A program made the position numbers and the translations under genes. Shown here piece after piece: positions 38,001-52,124 of a stretch of DNA of 64,000 nt; the first letter of the stretch is position 1, and the number at the start of each line of letters is the position of its first letter. This DNA is from Leptogorgia sarmentosa (taxonomy: Eukaryota), in the NCBI GenBank assembly GCA_964658305.1, contig OZ210885.1, positions 15,190,001-15,254,000 of the forward strand, given 5' to 3'. A model generated the notes under the pieces. The model did not search any database, had not been told where the DNA came from, and saw nothing but the letters and a program-made list of their open reading frames with translations.

Positions 38001-40198
38001 AACTATGACCTATCTGGTGATCTCGGTATTCCTTCAACTGCATCAAATACAGAATTGCTAATATTGCATGAAGAACAAGATGATGTTTACAGAGGGATGG
38101 TACAAAAACTAAACAGAAAACAAAAAGAATTTTTCTACCATGTTTTACACCTTATTAAAACTTCTGATAGTCCATTCTACTGTTTTCTCAGTGGAGGAGC
38201 TGGAGTTGGTAAATCCCATCTAACTAAATGTCTTTATCAAGCAGCATTGAAATATTACAATACAAGAGCAGGTGATGATTTTCATCAGGTAAAAATAATG
38301 ATGCTTGCACCAACTGGTAAAGCATCATTCAACATTAAAGGCAATACAATACACAGTTCATTTGGCGTACCTGCATGTCAGTCTCTAAAGAATTACAGAC
38401 CTCTTGACTCTAGTAGATTAAACACATTGCGATGTAAATTGGGTGGTTTAAAGCTCATATTTTTGGATGAGATATCAATGGTTGGTAGTGCTATGTTTAA
38501 TATACAATTGAATAATCGATTGAAAGACATCAAAGGAAGTAAAGATGACTTTGGTGGTGTAAGCATAGTTGCAATAGGTGATTTATTGCAAGTAGAACCA
38601 GTCATGGACAAGTACATATTTAAGAACTTAGACAGTTCAGAATATGCTGTTCTTGCTCCAAATAAATGGCAAGATCACTTTCATATGTTTGAACTGGAAG
38701 AAATTATGAGACAGAGAGAGAGCAAACAATTTGCTGAAATATTAAACCGACTGAGAGAAGGCAAGCATACCAATGAAGACATTTCAAAACTTAAGGAAAG
38801 ATTAATAAAGGAGAATACGGATGAAGATCCAATGGATGTTCCTCACTTATTCATTCAAAATAAGAAAGTAAATGAGTTCAATGAGAGAGTGCATAATGCA
38901 GCGACTGGAGAAAAATTTTCGATTAAAGCAGTAGACAGTGTCATAGGAGCAAACTCAGCTCAACTTCGTGATAAGATTTTGAGTCAAATACCAGATGACC
39001 CCTAGGAAAACAAAACAAATTGTTTTAAACCTTCAGCTATCAGTTGGAGAAAGAACTGAAATAGCACTTAATGTACGGACTGACAATGGCATGACTAATG
39101 GTGCTGGTAATGTTGTAAAAAAGATACAATTGAATGAAAGAAATAAACCGTCAGGTATTATATGGGTACAGTTTGATCATCCAGATGTTGGTGAGAAAAC
39201 CAGACATGAAAATAGACAAATCTATGTCCAAGGTATTGAGAGAATGTGGACTCCAATAAAACCAATTACAACTCAGTTTGCTGTGGGCAGAAGCCAAACT
39301 GCACAAGTTGTAAGAAAACAATTTCCTTTGAGGCCTGCTGCTGCCAAAACTATTCATCGATCTCAAGGTGACACTGAACAAAGAATTGTTGTCAATTTGA
39401 GCACAAAAAGAGCCATACCACATATACATTATGTTGGTTTGAGCAGAGTTACAACAATTGAGGGTTTATATATCACTGACCTTTGTGAAGAAAAGATAGC
39501 TGTCAATCCTCACATTATTGCTGAAATGAACTTATTGAGAACTGAACGTGCTATGCAACTTAGTATTACCCCTGTCTATACAATGGACCAGATATCATTT
39601 AAATTATGTTACTTAAATGCAAGATCATTACACAAACATATTGAGGATGTTCGAAACGATTTGAATTTTACAAGTGCAGACATCAATATATTTTCTGAAA
39701 CTCGATTTATGAGCTTAGATAATAATATGATGTATAATATTGATAACTACAGCTTGTTCAGAAATGATAACCACTCTATCTCATGAAGACCTTTTGGTGG
39801 CATGGCAGTCTTCAGTAGAGTTGAATTCTTACCAGGATATCCATGTTGTCATAATGTAAATGGCATTGAAATCACCATGATGAAAGTAATGATTCTTCCT
39901 CATGTCACTATTTTTGGTATATATCGATCACCCAGAATTCCTCTTCAGCAACTGTATGCAGCATTGAATGAAGTGTTAAGCATATGTACTTCTCAATTTA
40001 ATATTTTCATGGGCGATTTTAATGTCAATTGGTTGGATGAAAGCGACAGAACGCCTCTACACCACTTTTTTGTTGATGTTAATAATTATAGACAATTGGT
40101 TTCTGATGTCACAACGGACAATCAGACATTAATAGATCACATTTATACAAATCTTCCAGAATCCCAAACTAGTTCACACATTTTAGAAACCTATTTCT

Positions 40199-43100
40199 TG
40201 TAACAGTCAATCATATTTGACTGTAGTATTAAGTATGTACATATATTAACCATGCATGGCTACACTGTAGATGTAAGCAATCATTGTGAATAATAGGGCG
40301 TTTAGTAAAAGATCACTGTATGAAGAGTTGTCTTCTTAAATACGTAAGTTACTACATTGGCGACGAGGATGTACTAAATATTGATCTAAAGCGAGAAATT
40401 ATGAGCCACGACAAGGAGAAAAAAGGTTCCAGCTCCGGAACGAATGCAAGTGCAAATAATATAAGCGTGACGAACCGCCAACTCAACGTGAGACCATTTC
40501 AAATCAACGAAAATCGGACTGAAACTGCGTCAGCATGGGAGAAATGGCTACAGAACATTGAAAGACAGTTTCGCTACTTTGGGATAACAGAACCAGAAAT
40601 GAAGAAAGACGGATTGATCATTTACGGCTTCTTGACCTCACAGGCGACGAAGCCGGCGAAGACGAATATTCACAACTCGTTAAAAAGCTCAATAAGCATT
40701 TTCTGCCAAAGAAAAACAAAGATTTTGCAAGATTCCAGTTTGGAAATCTGAAACAAAACCATGGAGAATCACTTATTCGTTACTACACACGCATCAGAGA
40801 AATCGCAAAGAAATGTAATTTTTCGAACGAGAGCGAAGCTATTCGGGACCACTTAATAAAAACAATGACGAACAATGTCTTACGCATTAAGGCAATACGC
40901 AAGAATTGGACGCTTGACCAGATTCTAGAGGAGGCTGAGTTAGACGAAGAAACCCGAATACAGGCTAAAGAGATGGAGATGAAAGTTAACTCTGAAGAAA
41001 CAATCAAACGAGTTCAGAATTATCGACAACGGCAAAGACAGCAGCGACCTTTGTCTCACAATTATCACGCACAAAGACCATCATCGAACCGTGAAGTTAC
41101 AACAATACCGTGTGACAGATGTGGATTTGATCGTGCTCACAAACAATGTCCAGCGATAGGATGTCTTTGCAACGCCTGTGGAAAACGTAACCACTACGCC
41201 AAAGTATGTCGATCCAAGCCAATGGAAAGGTCATCACGACGATCTTTTGAAGGCAGAGACAAGAGAGAAACGAAACAGCTCCCATTTGGAGAAAGAAGAC
41301 CTAGAGACCGGGAAGTGGCGAAGTATAAAAATGTCAAACATGTCACCAACAGCAGAGATCGAAGTTCGAGTACTGAGAGCAGCACATCAAGTGACAATGA
41401 TCTCGTGAATCACTTAAAAATCTACAAAACAAGCAAAGAATCAAAGAAATCAGCATCCCCCTGCGTGGTTTACATTAATGGTCATAAAACGCTTGTTGAA
41501 CCGGATACAGGCGCAGACTCGAACATTATGGATGAAATACAATTCCGAGAGCTAAAAAACAAGTCAACCAAGCTACACCTATACGAGTCGAAAATAAAGC
41601 TGAATACATTGAAAGAAAAGTTACCAGTTAAAGGTGAATGCAATGTGACCATCGAAAATGAAACACGACAAACACAAGTTCCACTCGTCATCGTTGAAGG
41701 AAAAATCAATTCTTTACCCTTAATCGGACGGGCAACCTTAGAAGAATTGGGCATGGTGAAAATCGATGAATCTGGGCGACTTAAAGAACCAAACAAACCC
41801 ATCCAAAACATCCGGAAACTACAGCAGACAACGCCCAGTGTCGAGGAGATACTTGAACCATATCAAGACCTATTCCATGGAATTGGTAGAGCGACCCGGA
41901 ACGGTGAGGAGATTCAATTACATCTGCCTATGAAGGAAGATGCTGAACCTGTGGCACAGAAACCAAGTGGCATATCATTTAATGGATCCCCTCAAGAAAC
42001 GGCTCCAGGAGTTTGTGGAACAAGGGATTATGGAAAAAGTTCCCGACCAAGAACCTATAACTTGGTGTTCTCCCATTGTCGTGCAACCCAAGCCCAAGAA
42101 CCCCAATGATATTCGCCTTAGCCTTGATTTACGGACGCTTAATAAATCAATGCTAAGAACCCGCCAAGTGCAAGCACGCATTACAGAGGACTTCATTACA
42201 GCATTTCGAGATTGTAGTATTTTCAGTAAATTAGACATGAACCATGGGTACCACCAATTTGTCATCGATCCACAGTCCAGACAAGCTATGACATTTTCAA
42301 CGCCTTGGGTAAATTACAGATACACGCGTCTTGCCTTTGGGGGAATCAACAGTCAAGATTTATTCGACAATGAGATGGCGAAGATCTTATCAGGTATTCC
42401 TAAGACACTCAACAATCGTGACGATATTATGATTGGAGGGGTGGATCTCGCTGACCATGACAAGAACCTAAAGACTGTACTCGAAAAACTGAAGGACCAC
42501 AACCTCACCCTACGACAAGAGAAATGTGAATTTCGCAAGTCAACTCTCGAATTCCACGGTCACTTATTCACCGCGAAGGGCCTGAAGCCAAGTGCTAGCA
42601 AGGTCGATGCTGTCAACGCCTGCCAGAAACCTAACACCAAAGAGGAATTAGTATCGTTTTTACAGATGGTTGCATACCTTTCTCGTTACATCGATCGATT
42701 CTCGAGCAGATGCGAGCCTTTAAGAAGATTGACCAAAGAGAACACTAAATTCCAATGGGGTCCAGAGCAACAGCAAGCATTCGATGATCTTAAAGCAGCC
42801 CTCACAACGGCACCAGTCCTAATCCCTTACCAACCAGGACGGGAAACCTTGGTTATCGTCGATGGTAGTCCAGAGGGCCTCGGTGGAGCCCTACTCCAGA
42901 AGACAACGGAGGGATTTCAACCTGTCCATTACGTCAGCCGAACACTGACCGACACGGAGAAGCATTATTCTCAAATCGAAAGGGAGGCACTGGCAGCTGA
43001 ATTCACTACAAGTCGATTGCAGATGTACTTGTTAGGAGCGCCAAAATTCAAGCTTGTAACTGACCACAAACCTTTACTCCCGCTTCTCAATAATCCGAAA

Positions 43101-45007
43101 GCGAAAATCCCACCACGGATTGAAAGAATCATCATCAAGATGCAGAATCTGCATTTTGAAGCTATCCACATACCCGGCAAGAGCAACATGACCGATTATA
43201 TATCACGACATCCTCTTCCAGAAACTGGCAAACACCACATTGAGAAACACGTCAACGCTGCCATTCAAGCTGATCATGCCATAGTCTGGTCGAAAATCAA
43301 GAGAGCCACCGAGGATGACGCAGAGTTGCGCGAACTCTCGGAAACGATTGAAACCGGAAACTGGAGTGAAGCTAAACAGTTTTTGAAACCGTATTATGAA
43401 GTCAGAGATGAGCTATTTGTCACGGATGGAGTTGTTATGCGAATGGATCGAATTGTAGCACCGCAGTCATTGAGACAAAGAATCATTCATTCTGCCCACA
43501 AGCAAGGACATCTCGGGGTAAATAAGACGAAAGAAATGATTCGACGAAAGTATTGGTTTCCAGGAATGAATTCTAGTATAGAAGACGCGGTACAGTCATG
43601 TTTTGACTGCCAGATTGCAACAGATCACCACCATACCGAGCCAGCCAAGATGTCACCGTTACCAGACAGACCATGGGACGTCGTAGAAGCTGATTTTTGC
43701 GGACCATTGCCTAATAACAAATATGCATTGGTGCTTACTGACCAATATTCTCGATATCCAGAGGTCGAGATGGTAACATCTACATCAACATTGCCTGTGA
43801 CAAAGAAACTGAAAAAAATTTTCTCGACCCACGGAGTCCCTAGAGTATTACAAACTGACAATGGTCCACCTTTCAATGGGGAACAATTCCAAGCATTTGC
43901 CAAAGAGATGGGATTTCAACATAAGTGGTAACACCAATACACCCGAAAGCCCAGGGTCAAGTGGAAAATTTTAATAAGCTGATCAATAAAACAACGAAGA
44001 TTGCTTGTGAAGAAGGAATCGATATCGAGAGTGCAATATATGATATGTTACAAGCATACAGACAGACACCTCACCCTGCAACAAAATCCGCGCCATGTGA
44101 AGTTTTGATGCATCGTCAAGTTCGAACACGATTGGAACATTTCCCCACCGAAGTTCATATTACCCAAAGCGAAGTTAAACGAAATGATGAAATCTACAAG
44201 CAGAAACGGAAGCAGTACCACGATAGACGCTACAGAGTGAAGTCGCACAGAATCAAAAGCGGAGATGCAGTATTAATGAAGAGAGAGAAGAAGAAAAAGA
44301 AACATACACCGTACGAACCGTACATATATATTGTGACGAGCATAAAAGGATCAACAATCTATGCGAAACGTGTAAAAGATGGAAAGGTAAAGTGCAGAGA
44401 TGCATCCAAAGTGAAACCACTCAGAACGACTCGATTAGCAGAAATCAACGATGAATCATCGAGAGTAAAAGTACCAAGCAGTTACGAAGCCACAACATCC
44501 AGCAGAACACATCAGGACGCTGATAGCAGCCACAGTATGAATCTGAACAATACAGAGAATCTTATGACAGCAAACGCCAGTAATCCAAGAAGATCAGAAA
44601 GAATGAAAAAAAGCATCTATCAAGGGAAGTATAAAGACTATATAAAATAGGAACATTAGAAATTTATAAAGACTATATAAAATAGGAACATTAGAAATTT
44701 TGACTATTTAAAATACAGTAACACTAGAAAACTTAGAAAAACAAATTTAAAAAAATTCATAGTATAGTTTATCATAAACTAAATATGGCTAGGTTTCCTA
44801 AAAGACAATTAGTTTGATAATGCATAGTAACAGTCTGAAGAGGGAGGAATGTAACAGTCAATCATATTTGACTGTAGTATTAAGTATGTACATATATTAA
44901 CCATGCATGGCTACACTGTAGATGTAAGCAATCATTGTGAATAATAGGGCGTTTAGTAAAAGATCACTGTACGAAGAGTTGTCTTCTTAAATACGTAAGT
45001 TACTACA
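40199..45007 (+). mobile_element. Ty3/Gypsy LTR retrotransposon B, recent insertion
   Basis: 158-bp LTRs at 40199-40356 and 44850-45007 (1 mismatch). TSD TTTCT. PBS TGGCGACGAG; PPT GAAGAGGGAGGAA. Gag Cys/His knuckles; protease DTGADS; RT NRDD; RNase H; integrase TDNGPPF..VEN. A few frameshifts. Confidence 0.97.
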
Positions 45008-46010
45008 TTTCTCAGACCATAAAGCTGTATGTGCATTGATTAATAGTTTAATTAAAGCAAACTCAGTAGGATTTATGTGATACATTCAGGACTCAGCAGT
45101 GAAAAGGGTAATTCAATTCAATAAATTAGGACAATATTAGCAACATAATGCTCATGATAAAATCCTCAGGTAAGTTGCCTCTTATATTTTCTATCCCCCC
45201 CCCCCTACCCACACTCCTGATAACTTTATTCTTAGCACCATATATTTTACATTACCATTTGTCTTTACTATATATTTTTGTACATTGTAGACTCTGAGCA
45301 ACACACAACTACTAAAAAATGTACTGGAAATTGGATGGATATTAAATATAACACACAACTTTATAAATGTACTATTGGATGAATTGGATCAGAGCAACCG
45401 ACTAACAGAAGTTTATCGAAAGTTGTCTGGTTATTGGTACATTTCTTCTACAAATGCTTGACAATTGACAGGGATACCTCTGTATGTTCCTGTTTATGCC
45501 TGTGGATATGCTGCTCAATGCCAATGGTGTATTATGGTCTTATTTGACCCTGGAAACTGCAATACCACTATATTATAATTACAATGATTTATCAAGAAGA
45601 GACCGGCTATTACATCATTTTAAAACTGCACCAGGTTTGACACAAATGATGGCCCAAAAGATTCAAAATCAGAACCTTAAAATTTTTCATTGAAAAACAT
45701 TAAAATTAAGGATAATTATGTGAAAAGAAGAACAATAATTGTGTGAGTAATACTTCACAGTGCTAAATGCCAATGACATTGTGCCCATCGCTTCATTCAA
45801 AGGAAATATAAAATCGCATCATTGATTTCTCTAATATGTAGTTGGTGTCTGAAAACTTGTTTAATTGTAAATTGGAATTTATCTGTACTTATTTCCAATG
45901 TGTACGTAATTTCATACACTAATATGATATATTAGTCTCACAAATTGTTAGTTCCGCTTCCACTGAAAACTCTGAAAACATGCGTATGCACTATGCATGA
46001 CAAGTACTAG

Positions 46011-46293
46011 GCGCGAATATGTCAACACACAGATGTCAACAATAGCATATGCACAAATGCATGTCATACTTCCACGCTCTCCTGATCTCAATACAATTGC
46101 GAACATATTTTTAGAATGCCAAATTATCGATAACAACATTACAGCTCAATCATTTAGCGATTTGGAGAAAAGAATTAATAATGTATTAGATAATATTTGC
46201 GCGAAACTTATCGATCGCACAATAAACACTATGCATGGAAGAATTAATTTTGTATTAAAAGCAAGGATTCCGAACAAAGTGCTGACAGCTTAA
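46011..46293 (+). pseudogene. Tc1/mariner transposase C-terminal fragment
   Basis: PRSPDLNTIANIF...IDRTINTMHGRI, resembling the SPDLNPIE motif. Confidence 0.65.
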
Positions 46294-46852
46294 TGAGCTT
46301 ATATTTAATTGAATTAAAGATCTTAAGGAATATTATATCTACACTAAAGGTGAAAAGGTCAAACCTCGAATATAAACACCCAACAGGAACAGCAGTTCTC
46401 ACCACACACATTTGCAATTCAATAATAAGTTTGGTTTATTAGTTTTCAGGACATGTTTCAATGTGTTTTCGTTCGTATATGAAATACTCCTTGAAAAGTG
46501 GAGAAACTAAAAAGCTCGTAGAAGTTTTCCGGCAGTTAAAATTCACACTGTTCTCACTTTTACATTATAAATATCATTAGTCTTCCATTTATTTTCTATA
46601 TTCATTTTGGGGTGAGAACTGTGAAAATTATGCTACAATGCCCGTCCAAACAAATCTAAATGCTTTACCATCCGGGCAAATATGGCTGACTTTAGATTCA
46701 AGTGTGATCCGAGATATATCCTAACGAGAAAGTCGATTATTCGAAAGGTCAAAATTTTAAATAATTTCACCGATAACTGTGTGCGAGTACTTACTATAGT
46801 CGCCATAATGCTGATTTAAGTAATTAATTGGAATGTCCGGAATACAAGTGGT

Positions 46853-47561
46853 TTACAAAAGGATTTACAATTAGTGGTATTCACATACAAAGAACAAAAT
46901 AGGATCAAAGACAAAAGCAAACAAACAACTATTATGTGACTCGTTTTCAGACTTAGTACTATTAAAAAACTGCATAAAAGATCTGTCAGTTCTTGCCAAT
47001 AAACTGAACATTGCGGACATTTACCTAAAGACATGATGAACAAATAGATATAATAAACTGCCGCAATCGCATCAAATTTGCAAGGTTGCAAATGTTTTGG
47101 TAATTTTAGAAACCACATTATACCATTAATTCACTTACTAATTTTCTTTTCAAATTTGAATAAAATTTGCACGCTGGCAAATTTGATGCGATTACGGCAA
47201 TTGTACCCTTGGACCGCGTTGCCTTTTTTGTCCTGTAAAAGGTTTTTCCAAGTTGAGTTGAGTTTAAATTCAAGATTCAAATTCTTGAAAACAGAAATAC
47301 GTTATATTAGTGTATTTATAATAAACAGTTTTTTTATAAGAGTTTATAATGGATTTTTGTTGTTGTTTAAATTGTTGGTATTAAAAGTTGGTTAAAAAAC
47401 ATTATCACTGTTTATCTTATGCAGTTTTTTAATAGTACTAAGTCTGAAAACGAGTCACATAATAGTTGTTTGTTTGCTTTTGTCTTTGATCCTATTTTGC
47501 TCTTTGAATAGCACTAATTGTACAAGTTATGTATTTCTGCCGCAGCCATACAATCCTTTTG
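46853..47561. repeat. Inverted-repeat pair (about 110-bp arms), probable MITE remnant
   Basis: About 46866-46979 is the reverse complement of about 47418-47523; no clear TSD. Confidence 0.75.
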
Positions 47562-50500
47562 CGCAGATACATGTACGCTTAGCGGACCTATTTTTAAGTT
47601 TGTGGAGAGATTTGGAAAGCGTAGCTTGAAACAGATCGCCTTGACGAGTTGACAACATGACATGAGGCCAAATTATGTTTCATACGATCACGATCATGTT
47701 GACAATATGTAATACGAACTAAACATGTCGTCGCCAAGCTGTATACAAACATTAACTCTTTAGCTACCGAATTGTTTTTAGCCGGAAATGCAGACACAAG
47801 ATTGACATTTTTTAAGACACTGTACTGATCAGCATATTACCCTAACCACCATAAACTATATATCAAAATGAAGCTATTATCCTGTAGATTCTGGATATAT
47901 CACTCATTTGTCCTGCTTGCTGCAGGAAAAAAATTCAAAAATCACTAAAAAGAACAAAATATGGTATTTTTTTGTCAAAAAAGATTAATTATCCTATTTG
48001 TGCCCCTGTAGTTTCTAAAATACTGAAAATTAGACTTTTATTTTATGTTCAGTGGCAAGTAAGGATATTGTTTTGCATGTGTACCAAATTTCCCACCCAT
48101 TGAGTGAAAATACAAGGAGACATATCGGTTTGAATATTTTGTATATTTCAAAATAATAATTGCTTATTCGGCAACATTGATGGTAGAAGAATAAAATGCG
48201 ACTTAAGAACAAAATATTTCACTAGAAACTTGCTTCAGAGTGAAAATACAGTAAAAACATTAAAATCTATAATAACTATGATATATTTACATGAATATTA
48301 TAATATATTTCAATATTTACATTATATTTTGGACTTCATATGTTTGACGCCCTACCATACTTTTTCGATTTGCTCTTTTACTTGGTATGTTGCCCTCGGT
48401 TCTCCTCTTGTGAGGTAGAGGGAGCATCACCATTGTCACTGGTGGCAGGTGTATCTTCAGAAGTAAACACAGACTGAAAGATAAATATAAATTCATTGAG
48501 TCCTATTGTAACAAAATAGATTGGAATAATGATCATGTGAATTATTCTTTAAGTCTAGCTGTATGACAGTCAAAACACTAAGCCTTTACTCTTGCACTAG
48601 TCTATTATAGTAATACTACTAAGTAGCAACAAATATCGATACAAAATGTAGGTAAAATCAAATTTGAAAATGATACAATGTTTTACTTGTACAACTTACT
48701 TTGAAAAGTACATCCTCATTCAGTATTGACTCTCTGAAACAACCATCCTCCAATGTTTGGGCATTTATTAGTCTCATAATCATCATCGATATTGCAGCTA
48801 TCACCACTGTCGATATTTAACTCATTTTCGGCCGTTTCGCTGTCATTCCTCTCAAAACTTGCGCGAAGGATATCGCTCTACTTAATTGTTACATTTCGCA
48901 ATCATAAGATCCACAGAAAATCGCAAAAAAACAACCAAAACTGGCCTCGAAATATTATTTTTTCCCGCCATTACTATGCCCTATTATTCTCAAGCATCTG
49001 AGCATGCTCTGTGGCAATGTCTGCTGACCAGAACGAAAATTATATGCTAATATATTCAACCGGGTCAGATCGATTGGACAGCTGTCACGTGAATTTCTCG
49101 ACCAATCAAATCGCGTCATTTTGACTTTGCTTTTGCGAGGATTTTGAACAAAATAATTTGCATAGCGCACAAAACTATTCAAATTTTGGGTATTTTTATT
49201 CAAATTTCATGCTGGAATTGCTAGGATTCTGTAAAAGGAAGAGTTGAACTTCTTATATCTGGAATTTTAAGTGAGGTAAGCGTTAATTACTGCTTCATTT
49301 TTATCATCAGATATCGGAGGGTCATTTCAACACGACAGCTAAATTTGATTTCTGTTTACGATTTTTAAACTGAAAAATCTCGAATTCCTGTGGTTCGATT
49401 TTTTAAATTTTTTCTGAGCATGAAGACAAATATATAAACTAAAAACGTATGGTTTTAGCCCCAAAATACCCCCTCCCCGTGATGAGAAATTTCACATTGA
49501 GTCGACATGACTCGTTTCGACAAGTACCAAAAATGGTACTTCGCCTTGTTGCCAAGAAAGATTATTTTGTTGAATAATTTGTGAATTAGTGGCGAGATTG
49601 TAAAGTTATATAAATAAGAAGATAAAAGAACAGTAGCCCTATGCCTAATGATTTGTGTAGGAACTCCTCCCTATAATAGTGGTTGTCCAGGGATGAGTAG
49701 AAAAAAATTCAATAAGGCCCTTTTGGGGACATTAACCATCTTAAAAACCCATAATAATTTAGCTGTAATACGGAATAAGTGTTTGGTCGTAAAACCTGGG
49801 TGAGGCGACAGCTGATGTCAAAAAGCAACATGTAAATAGCAACCCAAAATTAAAATCTACATTAAGCCTAAAAAAACATGGTTTCAAATATTCAAATATT
49901 CCTGTGAAACTAATTGAACACCTGGTGTAATATATATTTTTACTTATTACAGGTGCATGTGTGTCAGCTTTGAGTGTTATATTGCTCTTTTCATCCTCCT
50001 GCTGAACAACAGCTGATCCTTGGGGTTGTACCGAAGCGTAACACGGCACACACTCTTCTTTAATTTATTTAATACCAACTCAATGAAAGGAAATATAAAA
50101 CCAAGTACAAATCGACTCTCACGTTCCTCGTGTTCGGTCCTTATTTTCTCCTCCCCCCCTGGTTCTGTCCCTCGCCTGCGTACAGGCGAGAGTCCCTAAA
50201 TTCGGGTCAGGGTTGTTCAAGGAAAATTGTGAAGTGACCCCTCCACAGGGCAAACTGAGTTGCTATAGCAGCCCATGCAATTCAATCCAGCAGAAGGTTT
50301 ACCAGCTCAACTTGAGCAGAGCACAAACAGTACAAATATATGTACTGTAGATATAGACTGGGATGATAGTAATTGGCTGAAGCTATTAATATTAACATTG
50401 TAATTACCCAGTCACATGTAATTGTCATGTGTTGTTTGTCTTATTATGAAAAATGTGACAAAGTTGATAGAGTGAAAAAGTTAGAGACTTTAGGTTAGCA

Positions 50501-50855
50501 AACAACCATGGATGACTCAAATTTCCATTCCTATTCCAGAGTGAATATACAAATTCAAGTGCTCAAGATAATTACACAGTTTCACAAATATATTAAAATA
50601 TTTATATTACAATTCTATTTCGTCACCAGCCTATGTCGTGTGACGTTGTACGAGAGAGAGTGCAGCGCATGCGCCAATCAGTTGTGTTGTTCACGCGCCA
50701 TTGATCAGTCGCTGTTTGTTGGAGCTCGCAGATTTTTCTTGAAATTCGTCCCAAAATCGTCCTGAATCGTGCCTGGAATTTATCTACAGACAAGAATTGA
50801 GCTAAGTTTATACATTCTTGATAGTGTCTTGTTTGTATTAGTCTATTATTTTGTC

Positions 50856-52124
50856 ATGTCGGTTCGCGAGAACGAGGATATAGCCGAGAGCATTTCGGTT
50901 GTGGAGAGGGACGACCCTTCGCCACAGGACTCTAGTCCCGGCTCAATGAGCACAAAGGATGACCTAATGGTCTCGTTTCTTAGTGATATCCGTAAAGAGA
51001 TGCAAGTTACGCACACATTATTGGCACAAATGCTTGCACAAGGCAACGCAAGTGCCTCTCAAGGAGATGGTAGTTTAGGCGGGAAACGCACAGCCATGAT
51101 GCATGAGGTCGACGTTTCCGATCACGCTAATGCTCATAAGCGCCGAAAATACAATCATATAGCTTCAGAGAAAGCACCAAAACCAGCTTCAGAGAAAGCA
51201 ATAGAAATCGCTTCAGAGAAAGCAATAGAAATCGCTTCCGAAGATGAAGCGCATGATCCGACTCAAGCTGAGTCAGACGGCATAGCTGAGGACGACACGT
51301 TAAGCGTCCATGCGGGAGTAGATGAGTTACTTGACCGCGATGCGTTAGTTTCTGATGAGCCTGAGGAGGATGAAGACCTCCTTGCGGTTATTAATGAGTC
51401 TTTAAACCCATCTGAAGAAGCTGGGGCCCCTGTTTCAGAGCGTTTGGCCAAGCTGGTGAATGAAAAATTCACCCTTGATTTCGATTTACAGAAACGTAAA
51501 TCTATAATGGAGAACTATAGGACTCCTAAGAATTGTGATCAATTGGTTTCCCCCCGGGTGAACCCTGAGATTTGGGGGAAGTTGCAGAATTCTGTAAAGA
51601 GGACAGATATAAAATCCTCTGTCTTGCAAAGTGTCTCCTCTGCTATAGTTAATACAATGGAGGCTCTGCTTGAGAGCAGGGAAAAGAAAGCCCTGCCAAA
51701 TTATAAGGCACTTTTGTCAACTTTGACTGACTCTATTGCCCTGCTAGGGCATGTGCACAAAGAGATGTCATTCAACCGTCGAGATGCGCTCCGGTATCAC
51801 CTAAATCCGGAATTTCGGCAAGCATGCTCACGGGTTGTCAAACCTACAGGGTTTTTATTTGGGGATGATCTGTCCAAGACCATCCAAGACATTCTGGCCA
51901 CTAATAAGGTTGTTAATACGGTGTCTGTGGGATCTCCTGCCAATCGTGAGGCATCCCGTTTTAAAAACCATCAGGTATATCCGACTGCTACCCGCAAACC
52001 TTTTTTGTGGCAGAGGGGGAGGGGAACATACCCTCCCCGGAACAATTTCCGCCAGGGGTCTCGTCAACAACAAGCATCCTCAGCCCCTCTCAAAAAGAAG
52101 TTCATGAACAACTCACGTTTTTAA
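50856..52124 (+). CDS. DIRS gag-like ORF1
   Basis: Open frame from the ATG at 50856; PKNC..PRVNPEIW and LFGDDL motifs. Confidence 0.85.
   Translation: MSVRENEDIAESISVVERDDPSPQDSSPGSMSTKDDLMVSFLSDIRKEMQVTHTLLAQMLAQGNASASQGDGSLGGKRTAMMHEVDVSDHANAHKRRKYNHIASEKAPKPASEKAIEIASEKAIEIASEDEAHDPTQAESDGIAEDDTLSVHAGVDELLDRDALVSDEPEEDEDLLAVINESLNPSEEAGAPVSERLAKLVNEKFTLDFDLQKRKSIMENYRTPKNCDQLVSPRVNPEIWGKLQNSVKRTDIKSSVLQSVSSAIVNTMEALLESREKKALPNYKALLSTLTDSIALLGHVHKEMSFNRRDALRYHLNPEFRQACSRVVKPTGFLFGDDLSKTIQDILATNKVVNTVSVGSPANREASRFKNHQVYPTATRKPFLWQRGRGTYPPRNNFRQGSRQQQASSAPLKKKFMNNSRF

Larger units (their letters stand above)
33088..40198 (+). pseudogene. RepHel polyprotein (OTU, Zn-binding region, Rep, PIF1, endonuclease); the tail resumes at 45013-45080
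   Basis: ORFs 33112, 33724, 34746, 36981, 38995 and 39802 are collinear, separated by MITEs, single stops (36612, 39784) and frameshifts. Confidence 0.9.
32337..46010 (+). mobile_element. Helitron/Helentron-type rolling-circle element (OTU, Rep, PIF1 helicase, AP endonuclease) with three nested insertions; termini tentative
   Basis: OTU GDGDCFFRAV..HY; HUH YRVEYQQRGSPHIH; YIVSYISK; Walker A GGAGVGKS; DEISM; TIHRSQG; YVGLSR; endonuclease LNARSL, SETR, GDFN, IDHIY, SDH. Candidate 3' hairpin plus CTAG at 45979-46010. Confidence 0.9.

Noticed and set aside
47600..50600. Host gene exons
   Set aside because: Only short ORFs and scattered splice-like signals; no recognisable domain.
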